From contig CP154954.1 of the NCBI GenBank assembly GCA_039621445.1, positions 6,831,425-6,895,424 on the forward strand: 64,000 nt of DNA. The letters are read 5' to 3'. Source of the stretch: Euglena gracilis. Its lineage: Eukaryota. Each line of letters starts with the position of its first letter. Position 1 is the stretch's first letter. The notes below the pieces were generated by a model that was given only the letters and a program-made list of their open reading frames with translations, did not search any database and had not been told where the DNA came from. The position numbers and the translations under genes are program-made. Positions 39,096 to 50,200 of the stretch are shown here, piece by piece.

Positions 39096-40135
39096 TTGTC
39101 AGAGAACAGTGGAAACGATCGCCCATCTCGGTTTATTTGGCAAGAGGGGCTCCTTCTGGTGCACCGTTGCTGCATCCGAGGTGCCAGTGGTTTGTGGGCT
39201 GCTGAAGCTCTTTCCTGTATTTGTACCTATTAAATAATTAACTTATCTATTAATTATTTGCTGGGCATTTGCTCAAAAAATTTGGTGGGCATTCATGGGT
39301 TTGCATTGATGGAGTACTGGAAATGTGAAAAAATCTGTTGTTTATTTCTGTTGTGGAAGAACTCACCCGTTCGAATTACCTAGGATGGTGCTGTGGGGAA
39401 TTGACCTCCCCCAATTTGCAATTTGCCAAGATGGCTGAATTCCGTTTCCTGGGGGGAATAGGCCGAATGGATGCCGAAATTCCAACGGTGATCCCCTCCC
39501 TTCCCAACATTCCAACATTCCCAACCCTGACCCTCTAGTGGGCTTTCCATCCTGAACATACACCAAGACCATGAACCCTGGGGGTGTGGGGTAGTAAATT
39601 GAGGTTGTCGGTTTTTGTTGAATTAGATTGGAGTAATTGAGACTGAAGTCAATTCAATTATTTCGCCAGTGCAATTTGAATTGTGCAAAGCCCCGAAGGT
39701 TTTCTGATCTTGCTGGAAGAAGTTGAAAGAGGATTTTCATCCCTTCAGTTTCACTTCATTTTTGTTGAAATTCATTTTAAGATCATCCGACACCTCCGTG
39801 AGAATTAATTTTCGAAGCCACAACCTACCCTCATTGACAAGACACTGTATTCACGGCTGTCTAACTGAAAAACTCTCGAAGAAGAACCTGGAGTTGTTTT
39901 AGTCTCCAGTCTCTGCATTTGCAACCGACTGGCTTTTGGAAGAGTGTAATTGAATCCCCTGGTTTCGTCAATAATGCATAGTATTTGTAGTGCGCGCGCG
40001 TGTGTGTGTGGTTGTGTTTTTTTGTGTGTTATTTTGGAGCACCCGTCAGCGATGGGCCCGACCTCCGTGTGCTTCCCCTCTAGTCCTTCGCCTGCAGGTC
40101 CTCCCCCTGCCAGTGCTCATCCCGGGGGCCGTGGG

Positions 40136-43100
40136 ATGGGCCGCCGCTCGCACGCCTCATCCCCAGCTGAGGAGACGGAGCCCGACCCCGTCCCGTGGCG
40201 TGGCCAGACCTGCCACCCCGTGGAGTGCTGCAGTTTCAGGACCTGTTTTGCACCGCTCCGTGCGTCTTTTTTGGTTCCTGTGGCCAGGAACAAAGAAAGA
40301 CGGATGGAATATTTGTCCGCGGTGGCCACGACCAGCCAGCCCTCCTGCACTGGATTCCCAAGGAGCGCCACTCACCTGCAACAACATGACCGCAAATAAA
40401 TGAGACCGCCCAGGGGAAATTATGTTTCAGCTGACCCCTAGTGTGTGGGGGGGTCCGCAGCCCAGTTGGGAGCTGCTGGCTGGAAATACCCCCCCCTCCG
40501 GGTCATTAAGTGACCGGATGATGTACCAGCCGACCTGCCACCACCAATAATTATGTGTGTCCTCTGAATTGTGCAGCCGGCCCGTGACAGTTCTCGTTTG
40601 GCCTTGCGGCCTGCAGAGCTATTCAAGCCACGCTCAGACCGCGGCATGGAGGCACCCCTGTACGCCGCAGCTTGGCACTTGTGAGCTTCCTTCATATTGT
40701 GGGTGGTCATTTCATTTATCCACACACACATACACACTCAGCAACTCAAACGCGAACTCCGGCATACATCCACACATTGAAACACACACAGATAAATGCA
40801 CATACACACACAAAACTTGTTTTACACATGCCCAGGCACAAACCCATATTGCAGGAATGTTCTTTTTCCAAGGCTTTCGCTGCCGCGTTTCCACGTGGGC
40901 GTGCCGCACACCGGCTCCCCTCCCCTGCCTCTCGCGATGCCTAATTTGGGTCGGCAGCCTGCACCCCCCCCATCCACTTCCCAGTGCCAGGGTGCTGGCC
41001 CCTGGTGGGACGCCCCCCTGTCCACCACGGGCGACGCGGAGCTGTCCCTTCGGCCGCTGCCCACGGTGGACCTCCTGGACTGGTCCCCATCGACCAGCCC
41101 CAGCCTCTGCATCCGGGGCACCACCCAGGCCCCCCCCCTGTGCGTCCATGTATCTGTGTGTGTGTGATGTGATGTTAGGTATTTTTCCGACAACAATTGT
41201 AGACAACACCCAAAATGTTTGCTGAAATTTCTTGGGAGCCGGTGACAGGGTTCCGCATAAGTTGCATATCCAGGGAGCAGGGCAGGGGGTCCGTAGCTGT
41301 TTGGCCACCTGGGTGCCTGGCCTCTCCTTCAAGCTGGGAGAGCCGCTGACCCGCTTGCAGCTGCTGGAGCTCCAGGCCTACACTCGGGACCTAGAGCAGA
41401 AGCTGCTGCTGTATTACCAGGCGTCGACGGTCGGCGACCCACCCCGCGCTCATCCGATCGTTTTTTTTTTTCTGAGTGTCTGCGTGTGTGAGCAACTGTG
41501 GGCCAAAGCCGAAAAGATCAAAGGGTTCAAAGGGTAACAAGAGGCCGCCTCCTCTTTATGTGTCAGGGGGGAGGATGGTCAGGGGTGGATGTTATGTGCG
41601 TGATGCGGTATGCGCATACATACACCTCAGCAGAGAGTGCCCGGGTGATGTTGGCAGCAGGTGTGTTGTGCGGTGGGGGGTCTGGGTGTTCATGCCTTGT
41701 CGCAAAGGGGGGCCACCCATTTTGTTCCGCCCGCTGCGCGGCGTCCGCCCCGACTCGCAGCTCCGCGCCAAGGCGGTGCAGTTGCGGCGCCAGGCGGTGG
41801 ACCAGCTCGGGCGGCTGGAGCGGGCGGAGGTCGAGGCGGAGGAGCTGCGCGCCGCGGTGGAGGGGCGGGACCGGGCGCTGGCGGCGCTGCGGCACCGGTG
41901 GGAGCAGGCTGGGGGGCCGCCTCCGCCACCTGCGGCCACACCTCCCGAAACGACAGCCGACAGGTATTCGACGCCCCACCTCCCCCGAGGTGACGAGGTG
42001 GGACGTCGTCACCTTTCGCTTTGGGTCCCAAACGGGCCCAATTGTCATGTTGGCATTGGCCACCCCACGAAAGCCTGTGGCCTGGGCATATGCTGGCTCA
42101 GTCAGGTGGCGACCTCTTTGGGGTGGGGTGTGTTGCGTCGCGGTTGGTGTATGCGACCAGGCTGACAGGGCAATCTTCCCTGTGTGCTTTTGGGGAAGGA
42201 CTGTTAACTGTGATTTGCCAACTTGGGGGTCCTCCTCCCCGCACCAGTCGACCCCCTTACAGCCCCAGCCCTGGCTGTGTGGCCAACGGACAAGTCGATT
42301 CCTGTCATCCAAACAACAACCTGCTGACTCGGGACGTCTGTATCGGCAGAAAGGCTCAGGGTGAGAGAACCCGTCAGAGCATTGATCTTTGGCCAATGCA
42401 TGTCCTTCTGCTAGTGTCCTGTGCCAGCCAGCTCCAGGCAGTCGGCGCCCCACCGCCGGCCGCCCAGCAGCTGCAGCGCCAGCAGGACGCCGCTGCACGG
42501 CACGCGGCCTGCCTGGCGGAACTGAACGCCGGCCTCCTCCGCTGCCTGATTCGCAACGACGTGAAAGCTGACCGCCTGGATTTCCGAGCCGGGTCCCGCC
42601 GCTTTCTGAAACAGTGGTATCTGTCACCCGTGAAATGCGTCTTTTTGCAAAGTAATTTGTTTATTCCATACACTCGTTGAAAAACACTGCATGCGCATTG
42701 AGGTATGAGGATTTGCTGTAATTTGCCTTCTGGAAAATAGTTCAGAAGAGAGAGCAGAACATACAGTGTTATATTTTTGATTAAATATTTGTAAATATTC
42801 CTTTCTGTGTAGCATGTGGAATTGAAACACACAAAATGGAAAATATTGCATCAAGTTGTTCATTTGAAGGACAGCGTTTTGTTTTGACAACAACAGTCGA
42901 ATGGACAATCAAAGCTTGCAGTAACAATATTTCAAAATCAACCTTTGAGATACCAACACTACAATATCAGAATTTTCGAGCCTGAAATCAGAAATCTCCA
43001 AATTAGACCATCTCATAATGTCAGGGAAAAATTGTACAATTTTCGAAAGATTTAGGAGAATAATTTGTGGCCTCATTCAAAAAAGTTGGCAGGATTTCGT

Positions 43101-45404
43101 TGTGCAAACTTTTTCGAACGTGTTGATCTTGATAACCCTTCCATAATTTCATGCAGTGTTCTCTGAATTATTATTAAACAACGTGGAGTGCATCAGATCA
43201 GAGCGTCGTTTTCTGATTGGTCACTGAATCAAATCGGGGCGATGGTGTCGGGTGGGCAGTCCGTCACTTGCACGTACATCCGCACGCACAGCCCAGCCAG
43301 CAGTAGCCCGCCACTGTCCAGCCCCGACCTTGCTGACCAGCTGCAGTGGCTGGCCAGGCTGCATGTTTGTGGATTCGCTTCAGTGTGTATGACCCTCGGG
43401 GGAGTTTTCGAGGGCGGGGGGACGGTTGCAGCCCCATGGGGCTGGCACCCAAGGTCATTCCGGGTGGTCAGCCGGCTTTGGTGGGATTTGGACGGGCGGG
43501 TCCGATGGAGGGAGTTGTCAGTGGTTGGGTTTGGGACAGTGCCCCGGATTAGGCGGGGGGCAGCTCGGGAATCCACGGGTGCGACATTGCAGCGGCGCAG
43601 CTCCGGCGGCCGCCGCGGCTGCGGGCGCTGCTGGAGCGGGCGCAGATGGAGGCGGAGGACCTCCGGGCACAGCTGGCAGCCGCCCGTCGGCAGACCGCTT
43701 GCCAGGGCCCACCCAAACCCTCGACCAGCCCCGACGGCTTGGCACCAGGCACCTGTTAGGCTATACTTGGTTGTGGGGTGTTTACCCATCTTGTTCACAC
43801 ATCGTACCAATTTCATCAGCATACCATTGCTTAACACCTGTCCTACCCCAGGGGGGTGACTGACTGGTTTTTTTCAGAGTGACTGATTGGTTTTTTGGCC
43901 CAGAGCCCCCCCCCCCCGGGGGTAGGGTAGGCCCGAAAATGAAAAAGTGACTGGCCTGGTGCCGAAGGCGCCGGAATTTTTTTGGATTTTTTGAGACTTT
44001 TTGGCAAATTTTCATTGCCTCCTGAGGAGTGGCCGATCCCCCCCCCGGGGGGGGGTAAAGTGACTGACTGGTTTTTCGGAAGAAGTGACTGACTGGTTTT
44101 TTTCAGAGTGGAAAGTGACCCCCTCCCCCCCCCCTGGGGGTCGCTAAGCAATGGTATGTTCATCAGCCCACATGCGTGTCTGACGTTCTGGATAACCTCC
44201 CTGATTTCAGACAAAATTCTATGGTTTTATAGTTTTTCTTTATCATTTGCCCACCTGCCCGCCCCTAAAAATTGTGCTCATGAGAACATACCTATCTCCT
44301 ACCCTTGTAACGTCTGAGCTGGCTCCTAACGATTTTTTCAGGTTTTTTTTTGTTGTAAAACACATAATATTTGTTGGTTTGCAAAAAAAATATGGCGAAA
44401 TATTTTTTTCAGGCTTCTGGTTACATATATGTGGGGAAAAAATCGGTTTTCTTATGGTTCAGTCCTCCGAGTGCAAAATGTCAAGAACATTTTGGAATCA
44501 GTCAGGAACTTGTCTTCTACCTCGCCGAATGGATCCAAAGGGGCAGGTGAATTATTTTGGTTTTCAATTTTTGGGTAAGTATCATCTGTCCCTGACCCCC
44601 CAAATGACTTACTGATTTTTCCTGGCAGGTGTTTGACCCCCTCACGTTTCGTTCACCTGTCGGTGTCCCCGGTACTGTTTAATCTCTCATATGTGACAGG
44701 AAGTTGCCAGGAGACCCAGCACCGGCCAACCTGTCAAGTCAAAATGCTCTGTCCTGGACTTTCACCCCACCCGAGAACCTGTCAAGGTCCCAAGTACTGG
44801 CCAGCCTGTCTGGGGGAGGGAGGTAGGCAAAAGCAGTTAAGTGGGGTCTCAAAGGGGTGAACCAGAAAAAGATATGTGATTATTTCAGGTTTCTCATTGC
44901 GATTGCACATTTTTGGGAAAAAAGGAAAGCTGTATTTTTTTTTGTTGGGATTGTCCTTCGCAGCGGCACCTTTTCGGGCATTGGTTGGAGTGCTAATTGC
45001 GCATTTGTGTGCATCATTTCTCAGCCGGTTCTAGCCATGGCGGCCTCGATGCTGTCGCTGCACAGTCAACCCCGTCCCCATCTGATGACTGCACCGTCCC
45101 CGCACCATGGATCAGGGTTGAACGCAATCGACCGCCCTCGTTTGGCTGTTGGTTTGCCTGGAACATTTTTGTTGCCCCCTTGGACACGGGACATTCAGGA
45201 ACCTCTGCAGCGAACCTCTTCATGGCCCCAGACTTTTTGTATTTTATCCTTTTTGGAAATGTTTTTCTCTCCAAGAAAAGCGCTTTCTTTTCTGCAATTT
45301 GTGTTTCGGCATTTTTTTTAGCAGCACAGAGGAGAAGGTCTCTGTCCTTCCAGGAATCCAACGTCCTGCTCCTCCCCATCAAACACCTTGAGTTTGACTG
45401 GTAG
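40136..45404 (+). CDS. Hypothetical coiled-coil protein, multi-exon
   Basis: GC-rich exon-like blocks: from 40136 (MGRRSHASS), ~41028-41083 (GDAELSLRPLPTVDLLDW), ~41325-41420 (LTRLQLLELQAYTRDLEQKLLLY), ~41742-41901 (QLGRLERAEVEAEELRAAVE), ~42427-42530, ~43610-43690 (LRALLERAQMEAEDLRAQL), last ~45320-45404 (LLPIKHLEFDW*). Heptad-rich E/L/R/A composition; no family recognised. Confidence 0.6.
43849..44140. mobile_element. GC-rich MITE-like element with GTGACTGACTGG repeats
   Basis: Repeated gtgactgactggtttttt units between cagggggg and ccccctgg ends. Confidence 0.55.
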
Positions 45405-45827
45405 TGTACGTTGGAGAGTCTGTTACACATGCCACGGGCCCTGCAGCCAGCATGTGGCGCTGCCTGGTGTCCATCTGCCTGTGACTCGGCGTCGGCCTGT
45501 CGCGGAAAGCAGGTTTGGGTCGACTGTTGCGAATTCCTGGGTTTGTGTCCGACAAGACAGCGTTTTATTTGATAGTGATTGAGCGGTCATGGGTTGGCCA
45601 ATGAGAAGTTACGCAAGTTTTTATTGTCTTTCTTTCATCCTTGTTTTATTCCTGCAGATATCTCCACTGTCCAATTTTTCCACCCATCCAAAATATTTTT
45701 CCAGAATGGGTTTCACAATATACAACAATGTGGCATGTGTCACTGATGTTTTTTGGGGTCATTTGCTTTTTCTCCGCTTGTTTCTCATTTTGACAGAAAA
45801 GTTGTCTATCCGGACCCCACCCACTTA

Positions 45828-48393
45828 GGCGGCCGGATTCGCACTTAAGCTTTTTTTCTTTTTATTTGCGCATTTGCGCGCATTTACGATTTTTTTGATT
45901 CTGCTTTGTTTCAGCTGTGAAGGTCAGAGGGGTTTGAAAACACGTTGACAAGAGAGTGAAAAAAAAGAACGAACGAATTTCTGATTTTGGCTGGGAGACC
46001 CCTGGGACTTTGGCGAAAAATGGTGTTTTTGAGGGGTACCAAAATGGACTTGTACGTCGAAACCCCTGGGACCTTGCCGGCCCAAAGGGAAAAAAACGCA
46101 AAAAGCACCTTAGGAACGGGACCTTTACCGCCCCTGTTGCTTCTTTCGGCTGTGTCCCCGTGTGTGTCCGAGCTGCCGGCGGTGTGAGTCCTGGGTATTT
46201 GCCGGACTGCTTTGCTTGCGGCGCCTTGCTGTGGTGTTTTTGGGGCTGTTTGTTAAAGCGTGGGGAGGAAGTGCCGGGGGGTGTGGGTGTGGTGTGACCA
46301 AGCCGGCGGGAAGGACACAGGGAGAGGAGGGTAAGTACGGGGTGTTTGGCAAGAGGGATGTCCAGAGGGGATGAAATGGGGTCCGCAGGGAATGAAGGGA
46401 ATAAAGGGGAACGGGTGTCTCCCACCTGGCTTGTACCCGGGATGCGCAGAACCAGTTGTGTGGCAAAGGACCCTGCAGGAGAAGCCCAGCACTGGAAGGA
46501 CAAAATTGTGTTTATGTGCGCAAATGCGCGCACCAACATGTTTATGTTGATGCGCGCAATTGCGCGCATAAACACAATTTTGTCCTTCTGGGATTGGGCT
46601 TTGGCACCCATGAACTGACGCCGTTGAAAAACTGCGTGACATAGAGGCCCTGACGGTACGGACTGACGGGCCATCCAGTTGGTGAGTTTGTCACACTGTT
46701 TGTCAACGGCGCAAGCTTATGGGCGCAAATGCGCGCACAAACAAAAATTATGCTTTATGTGCGCATTTGCGCAAATGCGCGCATAAAACATAATTTTTGT
46801 TGGTGCGCGCATTTGCGCCCATAAACACAAATAAGAACGGTGTGACAGTACGTAATGAATTGATCACATGCAAACGACCTGTGACTGTTGGACACCTTTT
46901 CTGCAACGGGACTGCGTTACAAGAAGACAAAATTTGGCACCTGAAATACCCGGGACGTGTCGGGCCGGAGTCCGTTTTACGGGTTTTTTTTTTGCCATTT
47001 TTCCCTTGAAAAACGTAATAAACACCGGTTTTTGTGCATAATTTGGGGGGAGTGGGTCCCACCGCTTTTATGCACCCAATGCAGGGGTAAAGGTTCAACA
47101 CTTCCTTGCATCCAAAGTAACGGGTGCTTGAGGGCTACCTCTCTTCGGCTGCTGGTTGCCATGCACTGGCACCACGTCGGCCCCCCAGTCTTACACCCCG
47201 GTTGCGGGGTATAACGTGGCCGCTGTGGTGGGTGTCGTTGCACCGGGGAAGTGGATGCTGACCTGTTGGGTGCTGAAGCATCAGCAGCTGATGGGGCTTT
47301 AACAGTGGAGCCCAGGCCGCAGGTCAGCGGCAGGGCCCTTGGGACCCAAAAATTGGTGCCGGTGGAGGTGTACCGTTACTGGGTGGCTATGCACGCACCT
47401 TCTGGAGATCCTATGTCTCCATCTTTTGTGGGACCTGTCAATGGTCCAAAAACGGCACCATAACACCATGTGCCGGAGGGGGCGGTGTGGCCATTTGCTT
47501 TCAACCCATTCAGAAGCCACTAAGGGTAGTTATAGGAGAGGCAAATGCAATCGTTTTCTATTCCTCCGTTAGTTGTTTATTTGCGCATTTGCGCGCATCA
47601 CGTTGTTTGTGGGCGCAAATGCGCAAATAAACATAGTAAAGTAAAGTAAAGTACACAACACACAAAGTAAATTGTGCAGTTTCTTCGTACAGTTTATTTG
47701 CACATTTGAGCCCACAAACAACGTGATGCGCGCAGATGCGCAAATAAACCACATCTGGAGCTGGTGTTTGACGGTTGTGTTTCGTTTAACTGCCAAACAG
47801 ATGACGCCAAAACAACAGGTCGTGTGGGCCGGGTAACAGCAGTACAAATGTACACACGTGAGACAGGCAAATTTTGGCCAGTCACATGCCGTGTTCCAGT
47901 GAACACTCCACACCACATCTCACCACAAATTTCATCGCCATGTAATCGTGGCGCAAACCATTGGTTGGCGTGGGGAATTGCGTTCGTCAGCTGTCACGGA
48001 GGAGGAGATGGTATCGCACAACTGATGTGTGTTGGTGCGCGCATTTGCGCAAATAAACACAACTTTGTTTGTGTGCGTTAAGGCTCTCTGAAGCACATCA
48101 TTTTGAAGCGGTGTATAAAATGTTTGTGCCCGCATTTGCGCAAATGCGCGCACAAACGTAATTGTGTTTATTTGCGCAACTGCGCGCACCAACACGTCCA
48201 TCACAGGCTTCTTTTTAAGTCAGCAGACCCCCCCCCCCCGGGGGGAGGGGGGGTGGGTGGGTGGGTCCGGGCCGGCCCCCCCCGGGGGGGGGGGGGTCCC
48301 GCGCCGGAGGCGCTGGGTATACCTTTTCGGCGCGAAGCGCCGAAAATTTTTGGAAATTTCCTTTAACGGGCCCGATTTTGGGGGGGGTCCCAG

Positions 48394-48429
<36 letters not shown>

Positions 48430-49374
48430 CGCCACCCTGGGTGGGTGGGGGGGACCCCTCCCTCCCCCCCCACTATGTTGGTGCGCGCATTTGCGCAAAT
48501 GCGCACACCAAAATATTTGTTGGTGCGCGCATTTGCGCCCACCAACACATCATTTTATCATCATCGGTTTTACGTTGGGTGGGTCTGGGCCGGACCCCCC
48601 CCCCCCCGGGGGGGGGCCGGACCCCCCCCCCCCCGGGGGGGGGGTCCCGCGCCGGAGGCGCTGGGTTTACCTTTTCGGCGCGAAGCGCCGAAAATTTTTG
48701 GAAATTGCCTTTAACGGGCCCGGTTTGGGGGGGGGCCCCGCCCCCCCCCCCCCCGGGGGGGTCCCGCGCCACCCTGGGTGGGTGGGGGGACCCCCCCCCT
48801 CCCCCCCCACTATGTTGGTGCGCGCATTTGCGCAAATGCGCACACCAAATTATTTGTTGGTGCGCGCATTTGCGCCCACCAACACATCATTTTATCATCA
48901 TCGGTTTTACGTTTTATTTGCGCAAATGCGCCCACAAACACAATTGCTTTTATTTGCGCAATTGTGCGCATAAACACACATCAATTGCGTGATGGCTGCC
49001 TCACGTAGTCTGTGTGTCTGTGGTGTTGTGATCTACTGAGGCCCCGTGTGTTCTCATCGGTCGCGGCAGTGTCCAAGCCAGTTCAGCCAGCATGTCAGCA
49101 CCGTTTCCAAGTGTCGTCACAAGGGGTGTGTGCCTCTCTCCTGTTTGATGTACACCAGCACAAGTCACACCCTCAGCCCTATTAACGTGACCTGGTGAGC
49201 AGCATGCACACCAGACCACTGGGAGTCAATCCCCTCCAACAGATGGGTGTAACGGTTCTTAAATCGTGTTCTGGGTGTCAGGGTACAGGGTCCCAGGGGT
49301 TACAAAAAAAAATGGCACATTTGCGCAATTGCGCGCATCCAAAGGAAAAAAGCTTAAGTGCGAATCCGGCCGCC
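45828..49374. mobile_element. 3.5 kb DNA element with ~29 bp perfect TIRs, TA flanks and many internal palindromes
   Basis: ggcggccggattcgcacttaagctttttt at 45828 and its reverse complement ending at 49374; TA on each side; about 20 copies of GCGCAWWTGCGC inside; internal ~340 bp direct duplication (~48280-48575 / ~48620-48912). Confidence 0.88.
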
Positions 49375-49544
49375 TAAGACCCAACTACCGGGGGGTTCCA
49401 GCCAGCCAGCACTTTTTTCCGGTGATCAGTTCCAAGCTGAGCTGCGGACCCCCCGCACAGAGGCCAGTGGAAATGAAGTTTTAGCAGCCGGCTGGACAGG
49501 AACAATTTACGGTGCAAAGTGCTGATATATTTTGAATATTTTGA

Positions 49545-50200
49545 ATATATATAGATATATATATATATATATATATATCTATATATATATATATATATAT
49601 ATATATCTATATATATATATATAGATATATATATATATATCTATATATATCTCTATATATCTCTATATATATATCTATCTATATCTCTATATATCTCTCT
49701 ATATATATTATATATATATATATATATATAGAAAGATATATAGAAAGATATACATATACATATTTATACATGTATACATATATATACATATATATGTATA
49801 TATACATATACATATACATATATATGTATATACGGCAGCTCCCCACTTAATGGCCCCCCCCCAGGGGGGGGGGCCATTAAGTGGGGAGTGGGGGTCAAGA
49901 TAATTTTTTTGCGTTAATGATGGAATAGGGTTAGGTGCGCGAGTTAGGCTTAGGGTTAGGCCTAACTTATGGACGGGTGTTAGGTGTACAAGTTAGGCCT
50001 AACCCTAAGCCTAAGTCGCGCACCTAACCCTACTCCATCATTAACGCAACAAACCCCACCCCCCCCCCCCACTCCCCACTTAAAGGCCCCCCTCTGGGGG
50101 GGGCCATTAAGTGGGGAGCTGCCGTATATACATATATACATATATATACATACATATATATGTATATATATACATTGATATATTGATATATTGATATATT
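49545..50200. repeat. (TA)n-rich microsatellite, interrupted by a MITE
   Basis: Visible TA/TC/TACA runs on both sides of 49833-50124. Confidence 0.95.
49833..50124. mobile_element. MITE inserted in a (TA)n tract, carrying TTAGGG-like repeats
   Basis: TIR cggcagctccccacttaatggccccc; internal ttagggttagg and cctaaccctaa. Confidence 0.88.

Noticed and set aside
41563-42627. 354-aa minus-strand ORF
   Set aside because: Antisense shadow of GC-rich + strand exons of the coiled-coil gene.
48164-48992. Pro/Gly-rich ORFs of 240-270 aa
   Set aside because: Produced by poly-C/G tracts of a duplicated GC-rich repeat.
45860-49340. CRISPR-like repeat/spacer array
   Set aside because: Repeats are irregularly spaced, occur in both orientations, lie inside a TIR element, and no cas genes are visible in this eukaryotic context.
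49925-50035. True telomere or chromosome fusion site
   Set aside because: Only a few degenerate TTAGGG units, embedded in a MITE core that recurs at 53730.
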